Positions 12,095 through 23,807 of a DNA stretch of 64,000 bases are shown here, piece after piece; position 1 is the first letter of the stretch, and each line of letters begins with the position of its first letter. The translations under genes and the position numbers were made by a program. The notes under the pieces are model-generated. The model was not told the DNA's origin. It saw only the letters and a program-made list of their open reading frames with translations, and made no database searches. This DNA comes from Macrostomum lignano (lineage: Eukaryota). The stretch covers positions 120,818-184,817 of the forward strand of contig NIVC01001876.1 in the NCBI GenBank assembly GCA_002269645.1. The letters run 5' to 3'.

Positions 12095-12804
12095 TATACC
12101 TTTTTACGTTCTATTTGATGGAACTGCAACCAGTTTGGCCACGGCTCAGCCTGACCATAGACATAGAATTTTCCATAGACAGCCACCGCTGGCGGCAGCC
12201 AATTTGGTGAAAACTGCGAGCTATTTTGCCGGCTTAAAGATAGCAGCTGCTCTGATGGCGAATCGTGGGCCGTACCAAAAGATAAGTCGGCTGGATTGAG
12301 AGCGAATCGTGAGAGCGTACAGGAGTGGCGACGACTGGAGAGAGCTTGGCAGAATGATGGGGATGAAGAAACCGACAGTGAGGAACATCGTGACCACGTA
12401 AGAACGAACTGGTAGAGTTGGCAGATACTGGACTGGCTGCTGCAGCAGGTGCGACACTGCATCAGCACAGGATGCGCATTCTGAAGAGAGAAGTGCAGCA
12501 AGCACTGAACTGCATCACGCCTCTCAAGTGCCTGCGCTGGATCAACCATTCCCAGACGTACTTCAATCGGTGCTTGAATGCTGAGGACATAATGTTCTGA
12601 CTTCGTGCATGTATTGTTAACATTCTTTATCGTTATTGTTATGCTATTGAGCTGCTATCTTCAAGCTGGCAAAATAGCTCGCAGTTTTTACCAAATTGGT
12701 TGCCGCTGGCGGTGGCTGTCTATGGAAAATTGCTGCGGCTGCGTCAGGCTGAGCCGTGGCCAAATTGGTTGCAGTTTTTATCAGATAGAACGTAAAAAGG
12801 TATA
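12095..12804 (+). mobile_element. Internally deleted Tc1/mariner/IS630-type element with long TIRs
   Basis: About 160-bp inverted arms starting TATACCTTTTTACGTTCTAT / ATAGAACGTAAAAAGGTATA with TA ends; interior has a stop-interrupted HTH-like N-terminus (ERIVRAYRSGDDWRELGRMMGMKKPTVRNIV) joined to a transposase-like C-terminus (ITPLKCLRWINHSQTYFNRCL); no DDE core. Confidence 0.8.
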
Positions 12805-13150
12805 GTAATTATGAATGTTCATTTTGTAATTGATGTTACCGTGTTTAATTTTTTTAATAATTGTTATTAGGTAAAGATTAATTTTTTTGTGTATTTAATG
12901 AAGTGCTTTAAGTCTCCAGTTTCTCATTGAGTAGTTTGGCTTTTGGGACACAAAATAGTGCCCGGAAAAGCGTGCTTTATCTCATATAAAGCGTTATGCA
13001 ACTCTCATAGAATTTAGGGCACTACTAAGGCCAGATCAGGGTCGTAGACAAAAAAGGAAAAAATTAAAGAGCCCAACTAGACTTAGATGTTTAGACTTAA
13101 ATTGCGGACACTGTGAGAGTTGCATCATGCTCTACTCGTATAAGTTTTTA

Positions 13151-13687
13151 TATAGCTTTTTGCGTTCTAGTTTGGACTGCGGGCTTTTAATTTGGACACA
13201 GAGTTGAGCAAAGCCCAGAGAATGCTGGCTAGTCTATGGCACAAACCAGAAGCAACTGACGGGCTTTTAAATTCGACAGCGGGCACAAATTTGGACACAG
13301 AAGACAAGAAGATCAAAGTTAAGAACGACAGTAATCAGTTTTTGAGGGTAAGGTTATGAATCTGTATATGTGACCCAAACATTGAACTTATCCAAACCGT
13401 TAGATACAATTTTCTAAAACTTTAAACTTTAAGACACTTGCATTGTCAGAGCCTGTATGTTTCTTCCTTCTAAAAAACTCGTCGTGTACTTTGTGCTCTG
13501 GCTCAAGAAAAACATGCAAGAGAAAGGGGAAGGAAAAGACTGTCCAAATTTGTGCCCGCTGTCGAATTTAAAAGCCCGTCAGTTGCTTCTGGCTTGTGCC
13601 ATAGACTAGCCAGCATTCTCTGGGCTTTGCTCAACTCTGTGTCCAAATTAAAAGCCCGCAGTCCAAACTAGAATGCAAAAAGCTATA
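13151..13687. mobile_element. MITE with about 140-bp TIRs and TA ends
   Basis: 13151-13290 is a near-perfect reverse complement of 13540-13687; TA at both ends. Confidence 0.85.
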
Positions 13688-13880
13688 GCATTTGTAGTCT
13701 AGTTGAAAGAGCGCGCATTCTAGTCAGACGCTTGTGAAATTTAAGTACAAAGCAAAAGCAGTCTATGGCCATAGACAAAATTACACATAAGGCAGAAATA
13801 AGGTTGTAAATTAGATGTTATCGATTCTTGCATCATGTGAAAAAGGTTCATTAGAGGGTTTGCATTTAACTTCAAAAATA

Positions 13881-14534
13881 CACCCAGCAACATTTAAGTG
13901 TCCACCCTTGCGCCAAGGGTCCATGGGCAGCACGATCGATGGTTTCGCCAATTGGGTTTGGGCCATAGACAAATGAGCAAAAAGGGCAGTAAAGTGTAAA
14001 GACCGATATCTGGTGTCACCGGGAAAAGCGTTAGAGTAACGAGTGTACAGGGGTTTACTGGAGGCATCTGGACGCAGAGTGACAACGATAGTCCGCTAAA
14101 TGACTGATTGGCGCACTCTGCGTTGGCCGTCCAGATCACCGGATATGAACTCGATTGAGCACGTGTGGAATTTCCTGTAGCGCACGATTCGGTGCAAAAA
14201 TCTCTATCCCCCTAGAACATGGTCCAGCTGCGCACTGCGCTTTCAGTCGCGTGGCAACAGCTTCCACAAGACTTTCTGCGGCGCCTTGTTCGGGAATGCC
14301 TCGATGAGTGAACGGTCTGCTGGACGCTCGTGGTTGCTATCTATACCTGTTACTGACTGTGCTTTAGACACGTACACAGCGTGGAAATGGGCATGGACTT
14401 TTTTCGCTGTTCATTCTTTGTTGCATTATTTTTATGTCTATGGCACAAACATAGTTGAAAACCTTTCAATCCCTAATCGTTCAGCTAGTGTAGCCTTTTG
14501 TGCAGACGTGGACACTTTTCAATGTTGCTGAGTG
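13881..14534 (+). mobile_element. Degenerate Tc1 element fragment
   Basis: Imperfect TIRs CAC(C/T)CAGCAACATT..AAGTGTCCAC with TA on the left; interior 14124-14330 encodes WPSRSPDMNSIEHVW and a frameshifted Tc1 C-terminus (LRTALSVAWQQLPQDFLRRLV). Confidence 0.8.
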
Positions 14535-14996
14535 GAAGTGCTACTTCATGATAAGAGTCGGTCGATGATGTCTTGCTCCCTTTCTGTTCAAGTTTGTTCC
14601 AAATGTGGTGCACAGATGTTCTCTTAACATCCAACATCCTAAAAAATCAGCGACTTTTTAGCGTATAGCTCAATATTTCACTGTAATATTCGTAAGAATT
14701 TGTAATCTATAATCTTAGTGAGACGGTATTTGCTTTTTTATTACAATCTGTTTTCAGCTTGTAGCTATAGATCTACAATTTTATGTTTATACTAGTGTGC
14801 CTCTATAGATAACAGAATTGGCGAGTTTTGCTTAGTGACACAGAAGAAACACAGTGAAATAACAAGCGTATTCATGCACATTTCCTAACGCTATTTTTCG
14901 TTTTAACTTCTTTGCTTCAGCCTTTCATTCCACTCTAGTATCATTGTATTATTAGCGGTTTAAAAAACACAAGAAATCAACAAAACGAACAGCATC

Positions 14997-17091
14997 ATGG
15001 CAAGTCGCTCAGACGCTGCAGATCAGAACTTTGACTACATGTTCAAATTATTGATTATTGGCAATTCGTCGGTTGGCAAGACATCATTTTTATTTCGCTA
15101 TGCGGACGATTCGTTCTCGTCGGCTTTCGTATCGACTGTTGGCATCGATTTCAAAGTCAAGACCGTGTTTAGAGATGATAAACGGGTTAAACTGCAGATC
15201 TGGGTGAGAGCGCTTGTTTGCCATGGCGTGCACCCAGATGCTTGTAAGGGCTGGGTCAGTCCCCAGATTCTCAGTTGCTGGGCCAGCCTCCCAGATCCTC
15301 AGTTGCTGGGCCAGCCTCGCAAATCCCCAGTTGCTAGGCCAGCCTCCCAGATCCTCAGTTGCTGAGCCAGCCTCCCAAAGTGTCAGTTGCTGGACTGCCA
15401 GCCTCCCAGATCCTCAGTTGCTGGACTGCCAGTCTCCCAGATCCTCAGTTGCTGGACTGCCAGCCTCCCAGATCCTCAGTTGCTGGGCCAGCCTCCCAGA
15501 TTCTCAGTTGCTGAGCCAGCCTCCCAAAGTGTCAGTTGCTGGACTGCCAGCCTCCCAGAGTGTCAGTTGTTGGGCCAGCCTTCCTCAGATCCTCAGTCTC
15601 CGAGCCGCCAAAAGCGGGTCCATGAGAATTGCTCGCCGAGCTTTTCCCGCCGAGGTTTCCCCGCAATGCTTTTTCCTGCAGCGCATTTGGCAGCTAGATT
15701 CTGTCTGCAATGCCCCCCCCCCAAAAAAATGCATTTGATATGCAGTTACCATCAAAACGTTTGATCGGGTAAATCTCTTTATCAAGACTTACTAAGCATT
15801 ATGGAGGCAATGCAGACAAAATCTGCCGCGTGGCCAAATGCGCTGCAGGAAAAGAGCATTGCGGGCAAACCTCGGCGGGAAATACGTCTGTGGGCATTTC
15901 TCGTGCTCCCGCCAAAAGCACCACTACATCGAAACATCCCTATTAAACCACTTTCAAGACCACAACATTGCAACTATTTATTAATTAGTAGTCATTATAT
16001 ATATTTCATATAAATTAATCTGCAGGACACGGCAGGCCAGGAACGCTACAGGACCATCACCACGGCCTACTATCGCGGCGCAATGGGATTTATCCTCATG
16101 TATGACGTCACCAACGAGGATTCTTTTAACGCTGTGCAAGACTGGTAAGTTTTTCTCTAATCCATATATGATTATAGCTTTAACATTATCTCGAGAACGG
16201 ACTCGCATTTAATAAGACCGCCTGTGTCTCTTTCTGTCAATCATTTGCTCAGGTGCACCCAGATTAAGACTTACTCGTGGGACAATGCACAAGTGGTACT
16301 CGTTGGCAACAAGTGCGACCTAGATGAGGATCGAGTAGTCAGTGCCGAGCGAGGCCGACAGCTAGCTAATCAACTTGGCAAGCTTCTTTACATTTTTTGT
16401 TAATGTATTTGGTAATTTATTCTGTAGACGAATAATTTTTTTCTATTGCCCTAACAACCAAATTGCAGGCTTGGAATTTTTCGAAACCTCAGCCAAGGAC
16501 AATCTCAATGTTACCGATGTGTTTGAACGCTTAGTTGACATCATCTGCGAGCGGATGTCCGAAGCTACGGATGGCGATGCTACTAGCGGAGGTGGGTAGC
16601 TTAATAGGCCTGCTGTAGGTAGAGATTACACAGACAGACAGACAAACAGACGGATAGATGCTAAGACAGACGGACACGCAGACAGACAAACAGACGGACA
16701 GGCGGACAGACAGACTGGCACTAAGATGGACAGACACTAAGACAAACAGACAGACAGATGCTAAGACGGGAGCACGGGAATTTCTCGCAGGAAGTTTTCC
16801 CGCCGAGTTTTGTCCGCGCGAGGTTTTCCCGCAAGAGGTTTTCCCGCCGAGGTTTTCCCGCTGAGATTTTCCCGCAGCGACGTTTTCCCGCGTGATTTTT
16901 CCCGCCGAGGCTTTCCCGCAGGTTTTTTCCAGTCGGAATTTTAAGTCAAATCCAGTCTACAATGCTGGACTAAATATATAGGCAGATCAATACAACGCAG
17001 ATAAACAAATAGACCGACCTGATTTCAACCTGCAGGCACCAGACTAAAGGAGAGCTCCAACGAGAAGCAATCATCCGGCTGTAGCTGCTAA
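14997..17091 (+). CDS. RAB3: Ras-related protein Rab-3
   Basis: Exons 14997-15203, 16026-16144, 16253-16377, 16469-16591, 17036-17091; [75 protein letters not shown]-terminal CSC prenylation motif; intron 3 is GC-AG. Confidence 0.97.
15245..15600. repeat. 28-32-bp minisatellite (CCAGCCTCCCAGATCCTCAGTTGCTGG) in RAB3 intron 1
   Basis: Direct reading. Confidence 0.9.
15616..15910. mobile_element. Mutator-type MITE in RAB3 intron 1
   Basis: About 100-bp imperfect TIRs starting GGG; perfect 9-bp TSD GCCAAAAGC at 15607-15615 and 15911-15919. Confidence 0.85.
16628..16766. repeat. (CAGA)n-type microsatellite in RAB3 intron 4
   Basis: Direct reading. Confidence 0.85.
16768..16935. mobile_element. 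Solo arm related to the 15616-15910 MITE
   Basis: Starts GGGAGCACGGGAA (cf. reverse complement of 15898-15910) followed by tandem GAGGTTTTCCCGC subrepeats; no second arm seen. Confidence 0.6.
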
Positions 17092-19138
17092 AGACAATCG
17101 ATTTTCGAGCCCTAAGACTGTTGCATGAAGAGTTCTGGCTAATTGTCCACTATGGGTTTTGATGGCTGAACAGTTAAATAGATTGCTTCACAAAAAACTT
17201 GAGTTTTTGATTTAATGTTAATGTAATTACATCGTTGTTTTGTTAAGTGTGCTTTAATAATATCCTAATTATTTGTTAAATTATTGCCTCCAAGAATCTA
17301 ATTTGCACTACTTGTATAAGTAATATAGCACATAGTTTGTTGAGTTTTGTGACTTGTGTTTCTTTTGGGTTTATATTTTTCTCTTTTGTTTGTAATTGTT
17401 TTCAAGAAGTTCTTCAGAAAATTCCTATCGTTCTGTGATAGCTAAGCGAGACACAATTCGTCGAAATTTGTTTGTTTGTTTACTTACTGTATTTAAATTT
17501 TGTCATTCTTTTGTTGCAAGTTTTCAATTTCTGTCATCGATCTTACAATCAGTCGCGGTGCTCAGTTTATAACACTGGATTCGGCTCTCTTGACTATAGT
17601 TTATTTCTCAGTTTACTTTCCGTCTCTGTGACATTATAGTGGTGTTGTACTAGTATTAGATGAATATTAAATTGATTATAATTTTACTACATATCGAGTG
17701 CAAATTAGTACCTTATTCAAACTTGTAATTCCATATAAATTGTTAAGCTTTTTTTACTTATAATCTAAAGTCTTTGTCAATTTCGATTTATCGTTGTTAC
17801 TTTATATTATAGATAAAAAATATTCCATGTCATTTGATTTTGATTATTAATTTACAGCTTGCCACAGTTTTCGTCCATTCTAGCTCTATAAAGTTTCTGT
17901 TTTATTTTTTTATAGAAAAATATTGCTTCGTATGTACTATTTATATAGTCAGTAGTCTTTGTTACTCGTATTATACCTACATTAGTTAATCATTATATTC
18001 AATTGAAAACTAACCATAACCATAATTAGCCTAAAGCTAGACAAACTTTAAATTAACAGACATTAGTTTGTATCTGTTATATGTTGGTCTGTCTAAACTT
18101 TATATTAATTTCTAATACTAATGGGCTTTAATTATATTGCTTGCCCAAGCCTAGTGCTGTTTTGTTTTTTAATGTACTTTTTGTCTGTGACTGTCTAATC
18201 TAATAGTGTAATGTCTAGATCTACGAGTATATAATTGTTAAACAGCAATTTGGTTGGTTAGCCGCCGGTAATTTTGACGCCGATTATAAAAGTTAGATAA
18301 GATAAAATTGGCTTGGCGGGTTTAGAAACATCGATAATATAGCCAGCCCACCCACACGAGACAGCGAGTTAAAAGCCCGGTTAAGCCCAGTCAACCACAA
18401 TTGGCTGGTTCGGCACTGGGTCTGATGAAGGTGGGGCTTAGAAAATTTATAGCCAAGCGCAGTCTAAAGTCTTAAAATGGTATTTACATGAGAGTACTGA
18501 TTATATGTGGTCGTTAAAACAAAATCGGTTGGTTGTTGTTTAAATTCGACCAGATTATATGTCCTCGTGTACTTGAATTACTATATACTTTTATTGTTTA
18601 TCTGTACATTTTGTTAACAAAAAAACGTCCGCAAAATTTGGCTTGTCGTGTTCATTAAAAAGAAATTGACATATTTGCTTTTTTTATTTTCAACGGCTTT
18701 TTAGAATGTGTATTTGTGATTGTATTTAAGGAAAAGCATTGCTGGACAAAATGCGTAATATATTTAATAGTATTTATGATTATATAGACAGGTATACATG
18801 TGTAACGGACTAACTTAAATGTTATTATAATTGACTGTCGTATTTGTTGTTCCATTCATTTTCGGGGCTTGCGATTATCTATAATGTTAGTCTTCGTTCA
18901 ACAGATGTTACATTCACACTACAAATTGGTCTACAATAGTACAAGTCTCTTGAATTAACAAAAGCTGAAAAGTGCTCGAATGTTGATTGTTTAACGGTAT
19001 GCTGTACCACTCTTGATAGGGTGGTAATTAAAGCAACAGGACCAGATATCGTGAATGCAAAATTGCCTGACTTTGGTTGTATGTTTATAAGCTAAATTTT
19101 CCTGTTAATTCAGTTGATTCGCATGCAATTTCCAGTCC

Positions 19139-22100
19139 ATGGAGACTATTACAAGCCCGACTACTACCGAGGCCAGAGAGTACATCCTGCTATACGCTTC
19201 GTGCGAGTATGCTCAATTTCGTTTCGCCGAATTCGTCTCTCTAGCCGGACTATTCGATTGTCGATTTGGCGTAGTTTTCACCGGAATCGATCGCGAACGA
19301 CAATTAATAGCCAATTATAGCCAGCAGCAGCCAATTTGGTCGGATGAACTCTTTAGCGATACGCCAACAAACGCCGGCGTTCACGATTGGACCGGCGTTG
19401 CAGCAGAAGCCTCGATTGGCAACAATAAATTACAATTATGCTCAACTTGGTGGCGATCTCGTTCGGTTGTGTGCATACTGTGCGAAGACGAAACCAAATT
19501 ACGCCAAGTTGTTGAACGAAGCGCATTGATTAAATCGTTACTGCGAGTGTGGCAATCGACTAGCTGCTTGTTGACCATGCTTAATCACGTGACTAATGGA
19601 GAACTGGCGCCTTATCTAGCGGAAGCTTCGTCAGGCTTTGACAATGGCGCCTGGACTAGATGGAGAATGTGCATAGAATTGGTTAACGTATCAGCAGCTA
19701 TGGACTTCAAGGTTGGCATTGTTGATCAGTTTGGCGAGGCTGGCCTAGATATGCCTGGTCAAGTGGATTTGAGAAAGCCGGAATTTGAGCTCTATTATTT
19801 GGAGCATTGGCGCTACGACTTGACAGCCGGAGCTGTCACTGACAAGGTTAGTAGTACCTACAATGAGTTACTTGGAAAGCCGATCGAAACAAATCGCACT
19901 CAGCTCTCGTTCTGTCTCTAAGACGATCAGAAGTTGTTACACCCTATCTAGCATCTAGCAATTGCTCCATCCCACTCTGAGCCACAGAACCGTAGTTACC
20001 TATCAGGAATAGACCTGAAACCAATTTAGATCCGTATTAACTACCCATTGAAAGAATCCCCTTGACAACCTTGAGAGAATGCCCGTGACATACATATAGA
20101 CTCCAGTATAGCAGCGGAAGTACAGTGTAATACACAGCAAATGATTCAATATCAGACGATGTACATATAGAAGTAGATGGGGAGAAGTGGACAATCTACA
20201 TATACTGGTAGATGTAGATAGGGGATAGTCGGCATAGGCAATGTGCATAGAATTAGATATAAAATATAAAAGTAGGCAATGTACATAGAGAAGTATATAT
20301 TAAAATTAGTACCCTTAAGGATAGTGTTTTTACTGCATACTCAGTAGTATATTTGCGCTAAATGTGCTGAAAAATCAACATTAACTGCACAGTAAGTAGC
20401 GACATACTATTGAAAATTGACAACCCATCGCAAAATTTAAAAAATCTAATACTTCACTGCATGCTTCATCCTACCCACCGGTCTGACACCCGCAGACTCC
20501 GGTCAGAGTCTATCTCGCTCCAAAGCTCTGCTCCGGCCAGTCCCGAGCGGCACTGCACAACCTGTCCCTATCTCGCCGGATATTTATCGGCAATACGTCA
20601 ATGAACGTTCAGTTGGCTTTCATCATGTGCAATTTGGCTAGAGTGTCGCCTGGACAGCTAGTTGTTGATCCGTTTGTTGGCTCCGGTAGTATCTTAGTTT
20701 CCGCTGGCTATTTAGGCGCCTACTGTTTAGGCCAAGATGTGGATTATAACATCGTATTCGGATTGGGCAAATCTACTAAAGCCGAAATGCGACGCCAGAA
20801 GCGTACGGAGGACGAACGCTTGTCGGCTAATTTTGCTCAGTACGGTATTTCTAATCGATTTGTTGATTGCTTAGTTGGCGACGCCAGCCAGCACGTTGGT
20901 CTGTGGCGTCATAGCGCTTTATTCGACACTGTCCTGACTGATCCGCCCTACGGTATTCGAGAACGAAGCCGAAAAGTAAAGCGCGATCCGGATGGTGGGC
21001 CGAAAAAGTTGGATGAGAACTATTTCCCGCCGAAAGAGCACTATTCTCTTGGCGATAGCGTATCGGATCTGTTGGGATTCTGCGCGATGAGACTTGTACC
21101 TGGTGGTCGGTAGGTTTTAGTCTTCAACTACTTTAATAATCTTGGGGAACGTCGCTGGTTTACATCGCCATCAGATCAAGGAACACTGTAGTATAAAAGG
21201 ATGTTGTTAAACGAGGAGGGAAGCCGGGGCCACCCGCGGATCAGCCCAGAGAAGGGCTCTGCCGCTATATTTAGGGAGCCATACTACCAGGGGCCGAAGC
21301 CCGAGAGGCCCAAATTGGGACTAGGACTCAAGACCTGGTTAAAAAAGCCTTATTGGATGCTACTAACCCAAGCCCATGGACTAAAAACACCGCCAACCCA
21401 CAGTGGAATCAGGGACGGTGCAAGGACTGATCCACCCAAGCCACCCCCAACGACAAAACCCGAGTAAGCGCGCGAAAAAAAAAATGGAATTTTTTTGGAA
21501 AGCGGTCCGAGAGCGGGAATACCCGAAGTCTACGGAAACGGCTTTAGATTGGAGTGAGTCTCAACAGCTTATTACCAAGGGCGAGTCTCCTATCTGGAGA
21601 CGGAAAGTACAAGTTCCCCCCTATAGGGCTGCAAGCCACAAGGCTTTTTCACTACCCAGCTCTAAGATTTGGAATTTGTAAGTAGCAGTCCGAGAGCGGC
21701 AAAGACCCGAGTCTACGTAAAGGCTTTCATATTGGAAAATAAGCCCAGACCAATAGGTTGGAGACGAGCACAGGGAGCAAAATGACCACCAGGCTCAGCC
21801 GGTTTTCCCCAATTCGGGACGAACATCAACCCCAGGACACCAATCCACTGTCAGTGATGAGAGCCGAGTCACAATAAGCAGGGAGACAACCAGAGGAACT
21901 AGCCGATGGACCAAGGGAGCAGATGGAAACACAGAGGCGAGATCTATCAACTCCTAACAGGATGTAAAACTCAAAGATCGTGTTATTTTTTGGAGGTTAA
22001 TTTTCTGGAAAATACGAGCTATAACCTACGGAAATAGAAAGTTTAATTTTCATATTGTTTTATTTAGTAAGTCTAAAGTTTTTAATACTCACAAGTTGGC

Positions 22101-22953
22101 ATTAGTGTTTCTTCCTTCTTTAACAAGTATATCTCTAATAAAAATTTTGCATGCAGTTTTTTTTTACTTTTAGGCCAATATTGTAGGTATAATTCCATTT
22201 CAATACATATTTAGTAACTTTTTAGGCAGATCTGGAAATTAATATAGCTAGAAAACAATATGAAAATTGAAGTTTCACTATACAACTATATAACACAGCA
22301 CAGCACAGCACAGAGAACCATCATGTTCATGCTACATTAAAAGAATGGTCATCTTCATTGTCCCAGATCAAATGCAATCATTAATTTTGTGATGAAAATT
22401 AGTTCTTCCTATCCCTGTAGAGTGTTCTATTCCAGGAAATAGACCTCTAGAAAATTACACAATCTTTTGAGTAATAACGTCCTGTTATGCTACAGTGGTC
22501 CTTGCATCAGATCGCACAATTCAAACGATTTACGATTGTGAACATTGCTGACGATTAAAATCAATGCACTGTAGACAACCTTGTGTGAGCGTGTGTTTCT
22601 AGATATCGATGGCCGTCAGTGTCGTTAGTAGAATAGTGAATGACTCTGCCTTGAATTATATTCTCAACCGTCTAATATGTAACCATATACATATTTACAG
22701 ATGCGTGTACTGGTTCCCAGTGATCCAATCCGAGTACAAAGGCGCCGACAGTCTACCAGTGCATCCATGTTTGCAGCTAATTGCCTCTGTTGAGCTGCCC
22801 ATGACGCATCGTACAGCTCGAGTGATGGTCTGCGTTCAACGGCTTCCTATGGTCGATACACCTGAACTAGTTGCTATGGCTAGTAATGGCGCTACAATTG
22901 TTAATCACGATCATCACCAGCTAAGATCTAGCCACTATAGCCGTAAAAAGTAG
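19139..22953 (+). CDS. TRMT11: tRNA (guanine(10)-N2)-methyltransferase TRM11 homologue
   Basis: Exons 19139-19846, 20496-21109, 22701-22953; FIGNTSM..LAFIMCN, DPFVGSGSIL, GQDVDY, FDTVLTDPPYGIRE, L.PGGR.VYWFP, PVHPCLQL motifs; splice phases consistent. Confidence 0.95.
21205..21959. mobile_element. Solo LTR (755 bp) in TRMT11 intron 2
   Basis: Begins TGTTA, ends TAACA; flanked by a perfect 6-bp direct repeat GGATGT (21199-21204, 21960-21965); composition differs from the flanking intron. Confidence 0.75.
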
Positions 22954-23219
22954 TCAGAGATGAGCTCTACTACTGATATCAGTATAGTGTCGGCATTTTT
23001 CAACAGTGTGTTTTTTGATCATCTAAACTATGCGCCTATAAATTCAAAACTTGGGGATTATTTTGGTGAAAACTTATGTCTTGTTACTCCTGACTGCTCT
23101 TTTATCTACGCAATGTGCTGCATTTAATGCTTGCTTTAAATTAAAACAAATATACTATGTATGAAATACATCAGCAATTCCTCTTTGTCTCATTATCACT
23201 CCTGAACAATCAGTTTTCA

Positions 23220-23656
23220 CAAACTCCAAGCTATACAAACCCCAAGCTACACAAACTCCAAGCTACACAAACCCCAAGCTACACAAACCCCAAGCTACAC
23301 AAACCCCAAGCTATACAAACCCCAAGCTATACAAACCCCAAGCTACACAAACCCCAAGCTATACAAACCCCAAGCTATACAAACCCCAAGCTATACAAAC
23401 CCCAAGCTATACAAACCCCAAGCTATACAAACCCCAAGCTATACAAACCCCAAGCTATACAAACTCCAAGCTACACAAACCCCAAGCTACACAAACCCCA
23501 AGCTATACAAACCCCAAGCTATACAAACCCCAAGCTATACAAACTCCAAGCTACACAAACCCCAAGCTACACAAACCCCAAGCTATACAAACCCCAAGCT
23601 ACACAAACCCCAAGCTATACAAACCCCAAGCTACACAAACCCCAAGCTACACAAAC
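23220..23656. repeat. 16-bp minisatellite (AAACCCCAAGCTAYAC) between TRMT11 and CABLES
   Basis: Direct reading. Confidence 0.95.
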
Positions 23657-23807
23657 AATCGCCGTGAGCAGTCTAACAGAATCTGAGCATATAAATGATT
23701 AATATTAGGCATTGCCTCTTGTCCAAACTCAGTTGCAGCCACCCCAGACCAGACGGTCGCCTCGCCCTCCGAACTTGCCGCTTAGCAACAACACCGATGC
23801 TTCGGCA

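Noticed and set aside
23712-23807. N-terminal extension of CABLES from the supplied ORF start
   Set aside because: The start is TTG, not ATG; may be 5-prime UTR or depend on an unseen upstream exon.
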